This document shows, piece after piece, positions 39,420 to 48,425 of a stretch of DNA of 64,000 nt. The first letter of the stretch is position 1, and every line of letters starts with the position of its first letter. Made by a program: the position numbers and the translations under genes. The notes under the pieces are model-generated. The model ran no database searches. It was not told the DNA's origin and saw nothing but the letters and a program-made list of their open reading frames with translations. The stretch covers positions 23,483-87,482 of the IMG/VR virus record IMGVR_UViG_3300042937_000753; one strand, given 5' to 3'. The DNA comes from a virus.

Positions 39420-40451
39420 TTACTTTTTTGTACTTAATGAATTTACTGCTTGTGCTGGAGGATTAACTTCAATTATCCTCATGTTAGTTCTATCTAGCTT
39501 AAAAAAGCTCATCTTTGTAAGGCCATTTCTGGATTTCAAAAAGTGAAAAACAAGAAGATCATCATCATCAATGATATACTTGTCTGGTCCATAATGCCTA
39601 ATTTTTCTAATAGAAGGTTTATTGATACCTAATACTACATCAGCATGTTGCAATAAAGCATCTGCCCCAAATAAATCAGAATCTAATACATAGTTTCCAT
39701 ATTCTCCATCTCTTTGTCTGTCAGGGGAATCTATGTTTCTATTGAGTTGACTTAACACTACAAAGGCTATAGGATAATGTTTTTTCATATAAGTAAGGGC
39801 TTCTCCAAGAGCATATAGCATCTCAAACTTATCTTTTTCTTGTCCTTTAGCTACTTTGAATAGTGCGGAGTGGTCAATAGTAACAAGCATGTTCTTGTAT
39901 TTTTTAACCATTTTACCATTTTTATCTTGTAACATTACTGCCCTCTTTTCCATTTCATTATGGATAGTAGCACACATTACATCAACTGTACATGGGTCAT
40001 AAATAACTTCAACAATATCTCTGTCTTTAGAGTTTTTATAAAGTTCAACACACTTATCAAATACTGCTTCATCTAAAGGTTCTGCCTTACTCATTAAAGA
40101 ATTATAATCATACCCTGTATTCAAACTCAGCTTTCTGATACCATTGGTTTCATCAAGCATTTCAAACTGAAACTTTAGCACTGTAAATTCATGGTCTTTA
40201 TTAAGCTTGATGATATCATCAATCAATTGTTCCATAAATAAAGTTTTACCAGTTCCCGGTCTAGCACCTACTACAGTGATAGTTCTCCATTCTAACCCAT
40301 CACAAAATGCATCATTAAATTTAGGCCAAGCACTTTTTAATGATTTCAATAGTCCTTTTCTTCTAGCATCTATCTTGTAGATTGCTTTTTTGAGAGCTTC
40401 TCTCTCACTGACTGGAACCAGAGGTGCTGCTCCATTAAATAAATTTGCCAT
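39420..40451 (-). CDS. dnaB: DnaB-like replicative helicase
   Basis: GARPGTGKT, FQFEM, IDH, LSQLNR, ADVV and KSRNG motifs. Confidence 0.9.
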   Translation of the reverse strand: MANLFNGAAPLVPVSEREALKKAIYKIDARRKGLLKSLKSAWPKFNDAFCDGLEWRTITVVGARPGTGKTLFMEQLIDDIIKLNKDHEFTVLKFQFEMLDETNGIRKLSLNTGYDYNSLMSKAEPLDEAVFDKCVELYKNSKDRDIVEVIYDPCTVDVMCATIHNEMEKRAVMLQDKNGKMVKKYKNMLVTIDHSALFKVAKGQEKDKFEMLYALGEALTYMKKHYPIAFVVLSQLNRNIDSPDRQRDGEYGNYVLDSDLFGADALLQHADVVLGINKPSIRKIRHYGPDKYIIDDDDLLVFHFLKSRNGLTKMSFFKLDRTNMRIIEVNPPAQAVNSLSTKK

Positions 40452-40452
40452 T

Positions 40453-40632
40453 TTATGATTTTTTAATTATTTCTACTTTTGCTAGGTTATACATTTCATG
40501 AAATAAAGTAATTATCAACTCTATAAAAAGAAATTGACAAAACCCTATTGTAATTATGAATGTGTCTGTGGCCAACCAACCTAATACAGTTCCTACAACT
40601 GCTAATGCAATTAAACCTAATTTGTCTTTCAT
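40453..40632 (-). CDS. 59-aa two-TM membrane protein (not in the ORF track)
   Basis: MKDKLGLIALAVVGTVLGWLATD...; TAATG-coupled to the upstream ORF. Confidence 0.6.
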   Translation of the reverse strand: MKDKLGLIALAVVGTVLGWLATDTFIITIGFCQFLFIELIITLFHEMYNLAKVEIIKKS

Positions 40633-41219
40633 TAGTCTACTCTATCTTTAAAATAATTGTTTACTTCATCTATACCACTAATAATAAGCTCACAATAAGT
40701 TGCTAAATCTGAATCCCATGTTTTATCACTATTCTGTTTTCTTACAAAATATTGAGAAGTTCTCATGTAGTCATATCTTTGAACACTGTATTCAGTAACA
40801 TATTTATGTGTAGCTTTTAAAATAGTGTCCCAGGAAAAATCATAAGTTTCAAAAAACCATCTAAATGAATTCTCAAGAGTTTTTGGATTTACTCTTGCAT
40901 ATTTACCACTAGACAATTTTTTATTAGGAAATATTTCATTGTATTTCTTAATGTTTTCAAGAAAATTAACACCCAGTAAATCTGTTGCAGTTTTCTTTTT
41001 AGATTTTCTAAAATAACCATCTATTTCAGTTATAAAGATAATACTTTTGGATGTTAACTGCAACTTTTCATCAAGCCAGCCCTCACTTTGCAGCTTTTTG
41101 CACTCTATTGCTTTGTTAACAAAATTTCCTACAACTATTTTTTCTTTAATACAGTATAGTACATAAAAAGTATTAGGAGATAGACTCTCTTTCATACACT
41201 TACTAAATATTTCTGTCAT
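40632..41219 (-). CDS. Hypothetical protein (possible replication initiator/helicase partner)
   Basis: Lies just upstream of DnaB; winged-helix-like N-terminus. Confidence 0.55.
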   Translation of the reverse strand: MTEIFSKCMKESLSPNTFYVLYCIKEKIVVGNFVNKAIECKKLQSEGWLDEKLQLTSKSIIFITEIDGYFRKSKKKTATDLLGVNFLENIKKYNEIFPNKKLSSGKYARVNPKTLENSFRWFFETYDFSWDTILKATHKYVTEYSVQRYDYMRTSQYFVRKQNSDKTWDSDLATYCELIISGIDEVNNYFKDRVD

Positions 41220-41220
41220 C

Positions 41221-41919
41221 TTACCATACTATTACATTATTACTTGTATTCTTTACTAATTTAGATACCTTAATAAAAATATCATTACTGTCCCATTTAG
41301 AACCGTTATAAGCAGCTGAGGCAGGATGTTTAACACTAAACTTATACTCTGTATTTGTAGTAAGTTCAGACCATTCTTCAGCTTTTTTCCCCATGTAAAC
41401 ATAAATTAATCCGGGATTATAATTATTTAACCAATCTAATAAATAAGCAGTAAAGGGTTTCCATATATCATAATGGCTACCAATCTTACCAACTTCAACT
41501 GTAAGAGCTGTATTAAGCATTAGTATACCTTGATTAGACCATCTTTTAAGATCTAAATCTTCACTTATAACGTGATTGCCATATACAGTTCTATCAACTT
41601 CCTGTAGAATAAACTTAAGACTTGGTTGTAATTTATCTGTATTACTACAGCTAAATGCAATACCATCTGCAACTCCTAATTGAGGATAAGGATCTTGACC
41701 AACTATTACAACTTGTAAGTTGTTATAAGGACATTCTTCAAAGGCTCTAAATACTTGTTTTAATGGAGGAGTAAATCTCTTGTCTTCTTTACTTAGTGTG
41801 TATAGTTTAGTGATAATATCATCAAACTCACTGCTAAATATAAAAGATTTAAAAACCCTATCCCAACCATTATGCTCAAGTTTAGCAAACATTTTTTGTT
41901 TAATTTCTTTTAAATCCAT
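41221..41919 (-). CDS. ung: Uracil-DNA glycosylase (family 1)
   Basis: GQDPY, GIAFS, QGILMLN and HPAS motifs; likely start MDLKEIK at 41919. Confidence 0.92.
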   Translation of the reverse strand: MDLKEIKQKMFAKLEHNGWDRVFKSFIFSSEFDDIITKLYTLSKEDKRFTPPLKQVFRAFEECPYNNLQVVIVGQDPYPQLGVADGIAFSCSNTDKLQPSLKFILQEVDRTVYGNHVISEDLDLKRWSNQGILMLNTALTVEVGKIGSHYDIWKPFTAYLLDWLNNYNPGLIYVYMGKKAEEWSELTTNTEYKFSVKHPASAAYNGSKWDSNDIFIKVSKLVKNTSNNVIVW

Positions 41920-41927
41920 TTTTTTCT

Positions 41928-41935
41928 TATTTTTG
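41928..41935 (+). promoter_or_regulatory. Bacteroidota -7 element (TATTTTTG) for the inverted gene
   Basis: TAnnTTTG, 15 nt upstream of the ATG at 41951. Confidence 0.55.
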
Positions 41936-41950
41936 ATAAAAATTAATATT

Positions 41951-42274
41951 ATGAGTACAATAAAAGTCAAAGAAATTAAAGATGATGTGATCATTCAAAT
42001 TCCCGTTAATAAGCACTATTATGCTATGTGTAAAGCTCTGCTTCATAATCTTTTTATAATAATTAATGAAAAAGGTGTATCTGAAGAAAGTTTAAAAAAC
42101 ATATTAAGTAAAAAGTATGAAGAAATGACTGCATTAGAACAATCATTTTATACAGTTACAATTTTACTTGCTGAAATTGAAAGACAGGCTTCTATAAATA
42201 ATTTTATTGAAGAAAAAGAAATTGATACAGCAAATATTAATAAAGCATTAGATAACCTTGATGCTAAAGATTAA
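41951..42274 (+). CDS. 107-aa hypothetical protein, inverted relative to its block
   Basis: MSTIKVKEIKDDVII...; fills the gap between minus-strand genes and has its own promoter motif. Confidence 0.75.
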   Translation: MSTIKVKEIKDDVIIQIPVNKHYYAMCKALLHNLFIIINEKGVSEESLKNILSKKYEEMTALEQSFYTVTILLAEIERQASINNFIEEKEIDTANINKALDNLDAKD

Positions 42275-42623
42275 TATTATAATTTTCTCTTCCTATTTGT
42301 AAACAAGCTTCAATAGCTAACATAAGATCATCTTTACTACACTCTCCAAAAGACTTGCCGGCTAGCCCGGCTTGTTCTTTTATTACCAGTTTCATTTCTT
42401 CAAATGTATAACCGGATTCTTTTGCTAATTCTCTAATACAAGCATGTACTTTTGCAAGTTGTGCTTTACTGTGATCAGGACCATGTAATTCAACAAACAT
42501 ATCTACCTTATCACCTTCTTGTAGTTTATCTACAAAGATTTCATATGCTAATTTGTCTTGAGGAGTAGCATATGTTAGTTTTCCATTTCTTTTGATAAAT
42601 TTTCCACTTAACATGCTCAACAA
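42264..42623 (-). CDS. Hypothetical protein (NinB/YbcN-like)
   Basis: SKAQLAKVHACIRELAKESGYTFEEMK pattern. Confidence 0.5.
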   Translation of the reverse strand: MLSMLSGKFIKRNGKLTYATPQDKLAYEIFVDKLQEGDKVDMFVELHGPDHSKAQLAKVHACIRELAKESGYTFEEMKLVIKEQAGLAGKSFGECSKDDLMLAIEACLQIGRENYNINL

Positions 42624-42868
42624 GTTATATTATTCATAATTTCTAGAAACTGAACATAATGTTCTCTTTCTTTAATATTTAATGCTGGTATATCAAATGA
42701 TTTTAATGACCAGTTATTGTCTATAACATCAATATTATCTGTACTATGTAAAAGTAAACCTAAACATAATTCTTTATGGTAATAGTAATAATCATATCCG
42801 TTTTGGCTATCAGAATTAAGTACATCTACTTTCTCAAACCCAAGTTCTATTAATTCTTGTTCACTCAT
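42617..42868 (-). CDS. Hypothetical protein (MSEQELIELGFEK type)
   Basis: ORF in operon context. Confidence 0.65.
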   Translation of the reverse strand: MSEQELIELGFEKVDVLNSDSQNGYDYYYYHKELCLGLLLHSTDNIDVIDNNWSLKSFDIPALNIKEREHYVQFLEIMNNITC

Positions 42869-42997
42869 TTTAATCTAAATTTTTATAAAATACAATGATG
42901 ATGGCTACACATATGCAATCAATCATCCCAGTTAGTATGTTCTTCATCACTTAAAGAATAAATTATTAATACTATAATGATAAGAAATATTATTACG

Positions 42998-43189
42998 CTA
43001 ATTATCATTATTTCTTTTTTTAGGTAAATACTTTTTTTCAAACTTTTCCCAACCTTTAGGATCAAACTGTGTAATTAATAAGTTAAGCTTTATTTCTTCC
43101 TCATGTTCATCACACATTCCAATTCCTTTAATATCTAAATCAGGACTATACCTCTTGGTAGCCGGAGCTCCACATTTAACACATGTCAT
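42998..43189 (-). CDS. Small zinc-finger protein
   Basis: CVKC...CDEH. Confidence 0.6.
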   Translation of the reverse strand: MTCVKCGAPATKRYSPDLDIKGIGMCDEHEEEIKLNLLITQFDPKGWEKFEKKYLPKKRNNDN

Positions 43190-43590
43190 AACTTATTACT
43201 TAAAAATGTTTCAGGACTAATTATATCTCTTGTATAATTTATATCCTTATAATTTATATCATCAAGGGTCCATAATCCCATTTCTTCTATCCTCTTAGTT
43301 CTTAAAGTAAGTATAGAATATCCAGTAAGATGAGCATTATCATCATCATCACTAAGTAACATACCTAGCATGTTCTGCTTCTCATCTTCTGTAATATATT
43401 TTGTCTTTACTAATAAGTTTAACTCAGATAGAAAGATAAATGGTCTGAAGTCTCCTTTTTTGTTACCATGGGTATACATATACCATAGGTATCCCATATT
43501 ACTATCTTCTACTTTACATACACCATGGTGCTCATGGCATATTTGTTCTATTAAAGTTTTGATTTTTTGATCTTTAAATACTTTTATCAT
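43186..43590 (-). CDS. Hypothetical protein
   Basis: ATGA overlaps; MLLSDDDDNAHL motif. Confidence 0.65.
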   Translation of the reverse strand: MIKVFKDQKIKTLIEQICHEHHGVCKVEDSNMGYLWYMYTHGNKKGDFRPFIFLSELNLLVKTKYITEDEKQNMLGMLLSDDDDNAHLTGYSILTLRTKRIEEMGLWTLDDINYKDINYTRDIISPETFLSNKL

Positions 43591-44054
43591 GATCTTTTTG
43601 AATATTGAATAACTGTAACTTCACAGTCTTTGAAACCATCAATTATCATCTGTTTAATAACTAACCAATCTCCACCAGCAAGACCAGCACCAATTTTAGG
43701 CAGGCCAATATGCTTACCTTTAAAGAGCGTGTTCATTTCTGAAACAATTTTTTCAAAAGCCTCATAATCAAATGGTTTTCCTCCAAGTCCATATTGAGTA
43801 TATGCATTAACTACAGTAAGTTCTTTTCCATTAACATCTAGTGTTTTATAGTCAATCTTACCAAGTTTACTGTGCACACCACTATATTTTATATCTTCAA
43901 GTGGAAAATCATCACAACCAAAAGCATCAGCCATTTGAGGTGCTATACCAGCACCCATAGTACAAAAGCAATTGCAACCATGTGCAATTACATCAAAATT
44001 TCCTTGTTTAGCAAGATCAATAAGATCTCCTTTAACTTCATTATAATTAGTCAT
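43587..44054 (-). CDS. Macrodomain (ADP-ribose binding/hydrolase) protein
   Basis: GDL, IAHGCNC...MGAGIA, NAYTQ and PKIGAGLAGGDW motifs. Confidence 0.9.
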   Translation of the reverse strand: MTNYNEVKGDLIDLAKQGNFDVIAHGCNCFCTMGAGIAPQMADAFGCDDFPLEDIKYSGVHSKLGKIDYKTLDVNGKELTVVNAYTQYGLGGKPFDYEAFEKIVSEMNTLFKGKHIGLPKIGAGLAGGDWLVIKQMIIDGFKDCEVTVIQYSKRS

Positions 44055-44070
44055 TTTTTCTCTTTCTTTG

Positions 44071-44349
44071 TCATGATCTTAAAAATTTAAACATTGCTTG
44101 TAATTTCTCATGTTCTTCTATTACCCATTCTGGAGTAAATACAGTTTCATAACCATCACATTTAACTATGGTGTGTGAATCTATATCATGAACTATTAAT
44201 GCATACCAAACATTTCCTGATAGTCTAAACTGTATTGATATAGCTCCTCCAGATGTATGAATTCTATAATGTTGATGATCAGTACTAGATCTATAAAACC
44301 CATGCTTTACAAGCTTCTTACCTATTAGTTCTGTGTCTCTAAGTAGCAT
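44071..44349 (-). CDS. Hypothetical protein
   Basis: 92-aa ORF. Confidence 0.6.
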   Translation of the reverse strand: MLLRDTELIGKKLVKHGFYRSSTDHQHYRIHTSGGAISIQFRLSGNVWYALIVHDIDSHTIVKCDGYETVFTPEWVIEEHEKLQAMFKFLRS

Positions 44350-44354
44350 ACATC

Positions 44355-44606
44355 CTATTCTGATTTAAAGGTTTCGTTGTAGTATTGTTCTGTTTCAATT
44401 TCTTTATTTGCTAAAAGATTCAAATATTCTTTCCCATAAGGTAAGTTATGGTCTTTCATAGCACAAGTTAAATATCCACTCATCCAGTTTGACTTTTGTT
44501 CTTGTTTCTCCATTTCTTTGGCTCTTTCTTTCAACTCCTCAATGTCATTGATATAATTGCCTTCAATTAACATTTGCCATAACCATTCTACTGCTGTTTG
44601 TTCCAT
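44355..44606 (-). CDS. Mini-protein of the TAVEWL...AKEMEK...ETFKSE family
   Basis: Shares DNA segments with 45590-45811 and 45813-46046. Confidence 0.7.
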   Translation of the reverse strand: MEQTAVEWLWQMLIEGNYINDIEELKERAKEMEKQEQKSNWMSGYLTCAMKDHNLPYGKEYLNLLANKEIETEQYYNETFKSE

Positions 44607-44866
44607 AAGTCTTCTTCCATTGATTTTTTAATATCTCCAATTGTAAAAATACCTTGTTGACTATTATCTAAAGCATACACTCTAGTATCATCAGGTAATA
44701 ATTTAGCTGAATCACTTAGCCACCTACTATTTTTCATAGTTCTGAACCATACTTTTTTAAATATTTCTGTATTAATATGTTCATATACTCCATCTTCATC
44801 ACCTAACTCTATATTGATAGGTTTTTTTGGTATTCCAAAGGTTGTACTCATATTATTCAATTTCAA
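44588..44866 (-). CDS. Hypothetical protein
   Basis: MSTTFGIP...DNSQQGIFTIGDI. Confidence 0.6.
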   Translation of the reverse strand: MKLNNMSTTFGIPKKPINIELGDEDGVYEHINTEIFKKVWFRTMKNSRWLSDSAKLLPDDTRVYALDNSQQGIFTIGDIKKSMEEDLWNKQQ

Positions 44867-45434
44867 GGTTATAATCTGATAAATATTCTCTTATCAAATC
44901 TCTTACTTTTTCTGCAACATCTTGTTCTTCTGCACTAGCACCTGGTTTTGTACCAATTAAACTAGCTCCATACTTAGTGGTCTCTCTTAATTTTTGGTCT
45001 AAATCCCATACAGCTAATTTCCACTTGTACCCATCCAAAGCATCTCTTATATCTTGTGCTTCTTCTACGGTATCAAATTCTATTGTTACTTTTCCCATAC
45101 TATTTTTTTTATTTTCTTCAAACCATTCTAAATCTTGTTTAAGAAGTAATTCCCTAAAAGGTGTCATAGTAGTACCAAAATGTTTACATCTTGCTGTTAA
45201 TAATTCTATTACTTCTTCCTCACTATACATTCTTTCAGTTTGCCATTTAGCACCTTTAACAATTCCAACTGATTCATTACCTGATTTAGATTCTTTTTTA
45301 ATAAAATCTCCAATTGTTTCAATTTCTTCAACTGTTTCTTGTTTAGGTTCTCTATCACATCCTTTACAATCAATATACCTTTTAATTTGACCTTCAGGAG
45401 TGCAACAATTTTCTTTAAGTTTTTCTTTATTCAT
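44853..45434 (-). CDS. Apparent fusion of an EPKQET/GAKWQ/WFE mini-protein with an MGKVTIEFD protein
   Basis: An internal ATG follows an A8 run; one extra A would create KKK-stop. Confidence 0.6.
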   Translation of the reverse strand: MNKEKLKENCCTPEGQIKRYIDCKGCDREPKQETVEEIETIGDFIKKESKSGNESVGIVKGAKWQTERMYSEEEVIELLTARCKHFGTTMTPFRELLLKQDLEWFEENKKNSMGKVTIEFDTVEEAQDIRDALDGYKWKLAVWDLDQKLRETTKYGASLIGTKPGASAEEQDVAEKVRDLIREYLSDYNLEIE

Positions 45435-45473
45435 CTTATTTCTTTTTAAATTTTTCAAACCATTTTATTAAAA

Positions 45474-45593
45474 TTAATCAAACAATCCTCCGTTATTTTG
45501 ATTTTTATCATTTTTATCAAACAAAAAATCAAATTCTGTAACTATTGCAATTATAAAAAACAACAACAGCAAAAATAAAGGTATAAATCTCAT
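45474..45593 (-). CDS. 39-aa membrane peptide (not in the ORF track)
   Basis: MRFIPLFLLLLFFIIAIVTEF...; ATGA overlap with the upstream gene. Confidence 0.45.
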   Translation of the reverse strand: MRFIPLFLLLLFFIIAIVTEFDFLFDKNDKNQNNGGLFD

Positions 45594-45811
45594 TTTTCAA
45601 AAGTGTATATATAGTATTTCTCTCCGCTTTCATCGTAATTGTGTGAAAATAAATCACCTTCATTAAAAGCTTGTTCAATATGCTCCTTCTCCATTTCTTT
45701 GGCTTGTTCAACCAATTCAGTAATATCTTTATGATGTGTAATTATTGTACCGTAACTTGTTAAATAACTAATTTGTTTAACTAACCATTCTACTGCGCTA
45801 ATTTGTTTCAT
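45590..45811 (-). CDS. Mini-protein of the SAVEWL...AKEMEK family
   Basis: Paralogous segments with 44355-44606. Confidence 0.7.
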   Translation of the reverse strand: MKQISAVEWLVKQISYLTSYGTIITHHKDITELVEQAKEMEKEHIEQAFNEGDLFSHNYDESGEKYYIYTFEK

Positions 45812-45812
45812 T

Positions 45813-46046
45813 CTATTCTGATTTAAAGGTTATATCTTTCCACTCTTTCCAGGTGTCAAAGTCTTGTAACTCTTCTAACATCCATTTAGCACCTGCAATC
45901 CAATTATCTGTTTTACATAAATTAGGATCTGCAAGGTTAGCTGTAATTTCTTCAAGTGTTTCTTGTTTAGGTTCTTCTGAACCAAATTCTTCTTCTAAAG
46001 CATCATCAAGTTCTTTGTTGAGTTTATCCCATTTATTTTGTTTCAT
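45813..46046 (-). CDS. Mini-protein with EPKQET, GAKW and TFKSE modules
   Basis: Shares DNA segments with two other ORFs. Confidence 0.7.
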   Translation of the reverse strand: MKQNKWDKLNKELDDALEEEFGSEEPKQETLEEITANLADPNLCKTDNWIAGAKWMLEELQDFDTWKEWKDITFKSE

Positions 46047-46528
46047 AATTTTCTAAGTATTAAATTTCCGTTTGAGTCAAGTTTTTTTATTTTGTTACCA
46101 CAACATATAGATTTATCTCCATTGAAAATAAAATTATCACATCCTATTTTACATTCCATCTCAATCTCAACTTCAATTTCTGTTGGTTGTTGGAGTAATT
46201 GAAATTTGATAATAGCATCTTCAAAAGAAATATCATGTATTGACATTATGTTCATAATATAAGCCATATCTTCTTTACTAAACACCTTATCTTTATTTAA
46301 CTCCATTGCTTTGTTGAAGCCCTGTTCATACCCAAATGTAAAAATTGGTGATTCAATTGGTTTTATTAAATATTCTTGTGAGGAATCATAAGCCAACTTC
46401 TCAACATCAACTACTCCAAATATCTCATCACAGTTTTGTTTGGATAGTTTGTCATTATCAGTAGCATACATAATATTATCTACTAATAAGACATATCCAT
46501 TGTCTACTTTATTTAGTTTTGCTTTCAT
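46043..46528 (-). CDS. Bacteroidota-phage hypothetical family protein (KLSKQNC...GFNKAMEL...PTEIEVEIEM)
   Basis: Coupled ORF with recurrent motifs. Confidence 0.7.
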   Translation of the reverse strand: MKAKLNKVDNGYVLLVDNIMYATDNDKLSKQNCDEIFGVVDVEKLAYDSSQEYLIKPIESPIFTFGYEQGFNKAMELNKDKVFSKEDMAYIMNIMSIHDISFEDAIIKFQLLQQPTEIEVEIEMECKIGCDNFIFNGDKSICCGNKIKKLDSNGNLILRKL

Positions 46529-46719
46529 AATTTCTTTTTTTGTTCTAAGTAATCAATAATAAATCCTGCAGCAACAATTAAGTTCATACCACAGGATGCT
46601 ATTATTTCATGAATATCTTTATATACATTAACAGATAAGTGAACATGTCCTACCATCCAAAATGGTACAGATAAGTTTTGACTTATCCATACCACTAAGT
46701 ATTTTAAAAAATGTTTCAC
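46525..46719 (-). CDS. Small membrane protein
   Basis: GTG start; hydrophobic segments. Confidence 0.6.
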   Translation of the reverse strand: MKHFLKYLVVWISQNLSVPFWMVGHVHLSVNVYKDIHEIIASCGMNLIVAAGFIIDYLEQKKKL

Positions 46720-46720
46720 T

Positions 46721-46978
46721 TTACCAAGTTCCTACATTACTTACACACATATTATCTCCTACAGCATACTCATACCAAGTACTAGCAGAAAAACACCAGG
46801 TTTTTGAATTACCTGAACAATCATTTCTAACTGTTAGTGAATAACATGTAGAACCATCTGTGTTAGTAGTGAGAGCATCATTAGTTACTACACCACAAGT
46901 ACAGTCTTTTTCAGATTCATACTTTTTACAGCTTAAAAGAGTAATTGTTAAAGCTGTTAAATAAATTAATTTTTTCAT
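46721..46978 (-). CDS. Cys-rich lipoprotein
   Basis: Signal peptide with lipobox LLSC and six further Cys. Confidence 0.75.
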   Translation of the reverse strand: MKKLIYLTALTITLLSCKKYESEKDCTCGVVTNDALTTNTDGSTCYSLTVRNDCSGNSKTWCFSASTWYEYAVGDNMCVSNVGTW

Positions 46979-46983
46979 ATTTT

Positions 46984-47208
46984 TTAAAATTTTAGTTTTT
47001 TTCTTCTGATAATTCTCTTTATATAAGAAAACAGGCAGTCAAAAATAAAATAGTTTACAAAAGCTAATACTATAAGCATTAACCAACTCCAAAGACATGG
47101 ATAACAAGCTGGCAAATACATTAACACAAATCCAGTTGTAGTTAACACTGCAAGTATGTGCACTATAACCATATAGTACAACATCCAGGTTCTAGTCTCC
47201 TTCTTCAT
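46984..47208 (-). CDS. Two-TM membrane protein
   Basis: Two hydrophobic helices and a basic C-terminus. Confidence 0.6.
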   Translation of the reverse strand: MKKETRTWMLYYMVIVHILAVLTTTGFVLMYLPACYPCLWSWLMLIVLAFVNYFIFDCLFSYIKRIIRRKKLKF

Positions 47209-47465
47209 TGTTCACTCCCTTTTTCTTCTCTTGCTTCTCCATATTTTGAGGAGAACTTTTTTTGGACTTGTTCAATCTTTCCAATTTCTCCTGAATTTTC
47301 TGATTGATACTGTTCTGATCTAAAGTTGTTTTGTCTTTTTTCATATTCTTTCCATTCAAAAATTTCTAAATCTTTCATTCTAGCAACATCTGCTATAGTC
47401 ATACCTTCTGGTATTCCTCCATTTGCTTCAATAATGTCCATACATACTTCTTTCATTCTTCCCAT
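47205..47465 (-). CDS. Hypothetical protein
   Basis: MGRMKE... ORF. Confidence 0.65.
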   Translation of the reverse strand: MGRMKEVCMDIIEANGGIPEGMTIADVARMKDLEIFEWKEYEKRQNNFRSEQYQSENSGEIGKIEQVQKKFSSKYGEAREEKGSEQ

Positions 47466-47890
47466 AATTTCATACTTTTTTCTAAAAGAAACTTAATTGT
47501 TGTTCTAATATCATTATGCCCCAGAACAGAACCTGTTGCTTTTAGTTTATTAAAAAACTTTTTATCAAGAACTAATTCAACTGTTTTTAATCTATGTACA
47601 GAAGATGTAGCTTCAATTACACTAAAATCAAATGGAAACATTTGTGCATAAACATAAACATTTTGCATATAAGATTTATCTGTACATAATTGCAAGGCTA
47701 ATTTTTTGTTATAATGAACCTTATCTCTTTTAATACCTACAATATTTGCTATTGCATGTTCTGTCATCATAAACCTATATACAAGTAATCCCATTAAATA
47801 ACTTCTCTGATCAACCAATACTCTTTTTCTAGAGTTAACTGGAATTTGTGAAAGAGCCTTGATTACATCATCTTTAGTGTAATCTTCCAT
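47453..47890 (-). CDS. DNA-binding protein with a DnaA domain IV-like HTH
   Basis: SRKRVLVDQRSYLM...IANIVGIKRDKVHY resembles the DnaA C-terminal domain. Confidence 0.5.
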   Translation of the reverse strand: MEDYTKDDVIKALSQIPVNSRKRVLVDQRSYLMGLLVYRFMMTEHAIANIVGIKRDKVHYNKKLALQLCTDKSYMQNVYVYAQMFPFDFSVIEATSSVHRLKTVELVLDKKFFNKLKATGSVLGHNDIRTTIKFLLEKSMKLWEE

Positions 47891-47891
47891 A

Positions 47892-48170
47892 TTAAATTAG
47901 ATCTAATTCTACTTCTTTTTCCTCAACTTTTTCTTCTTCAGCAAATAAACCTTCAATAGGAAGAAATCTAGTTGCATCATAATATTCATAAGGAAAAGAT
48001 TTTTTAGTTAACTCTACTTCTTTGAGTTTTAAACCAATTCTGCCAGGTTGTAGACCCATATTTACAGATTCAATTACAGTGTAAACTACACCTTCTTGAA
48101 TCCATTCATATGACAATATTTTATTTGGTTTTTTACTTGAATCAATACATATAACTTTCATAAGCTTCAA
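47892..48170 (-). CDS. Hypothetical protein
   Basis: MKVICID...YDATRF. Confidence 0.65.
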   Translation of the reverse strand: MKLMKVICIDSSKKPNKILSYEWIQEGVVYTVIESVNMGLQPGRIGLKLKEVELTKKSFPYEYYDATRFLPIEGLFAEEEKVEEKEVELDLI

Positions 48171-48396
48171 TTTCTGTTTTTAATTCTAGGTCTTCTAAAT
48201 CAGTTTTTAATTCAAACAATTCAAGAAAATCACCGGATTTAACAGAACATTTCCCCTTATTATGGGCTATAACTGCACATTGTTCAGCTTGTAATGGTTC
48301 ATGCCTACAAAATTTAATAAGACATGCTACTATATAAAGAAAGTCATGTTCATTATCATTATACAATACTAATTTATGTGTTTTTGTATCTTCCAT
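48142..48396 (-). CDS. clpS: ClpS N-degron adaptor homolog
   Basis: LVLYNDNEH...QAEQCAVIAHNKGKCSVKSG; likely start MEDTK at 48396. Confidence 0.85.
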   Translation of the reverse strand: MEDTKTHKLVLYNDNEHDFLYIVACLIKFCRHEPLQAEQCAVIAHNKGKCSVKSGDFLELFELKTDLEDLELKTEIEAYESYMY

Positions 48397-48425
48397 CTGT
48401 ATATAATATAATAAAAATCTCGGGG

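Noticed and set aside
41780-41994. Long N-terminal extensions given in the ORF track for ung and for the inverted gene
   Set aside because: They overlap each other on opposite strands; the starts at 41919 and 41951 fit the motifs and the promoter.
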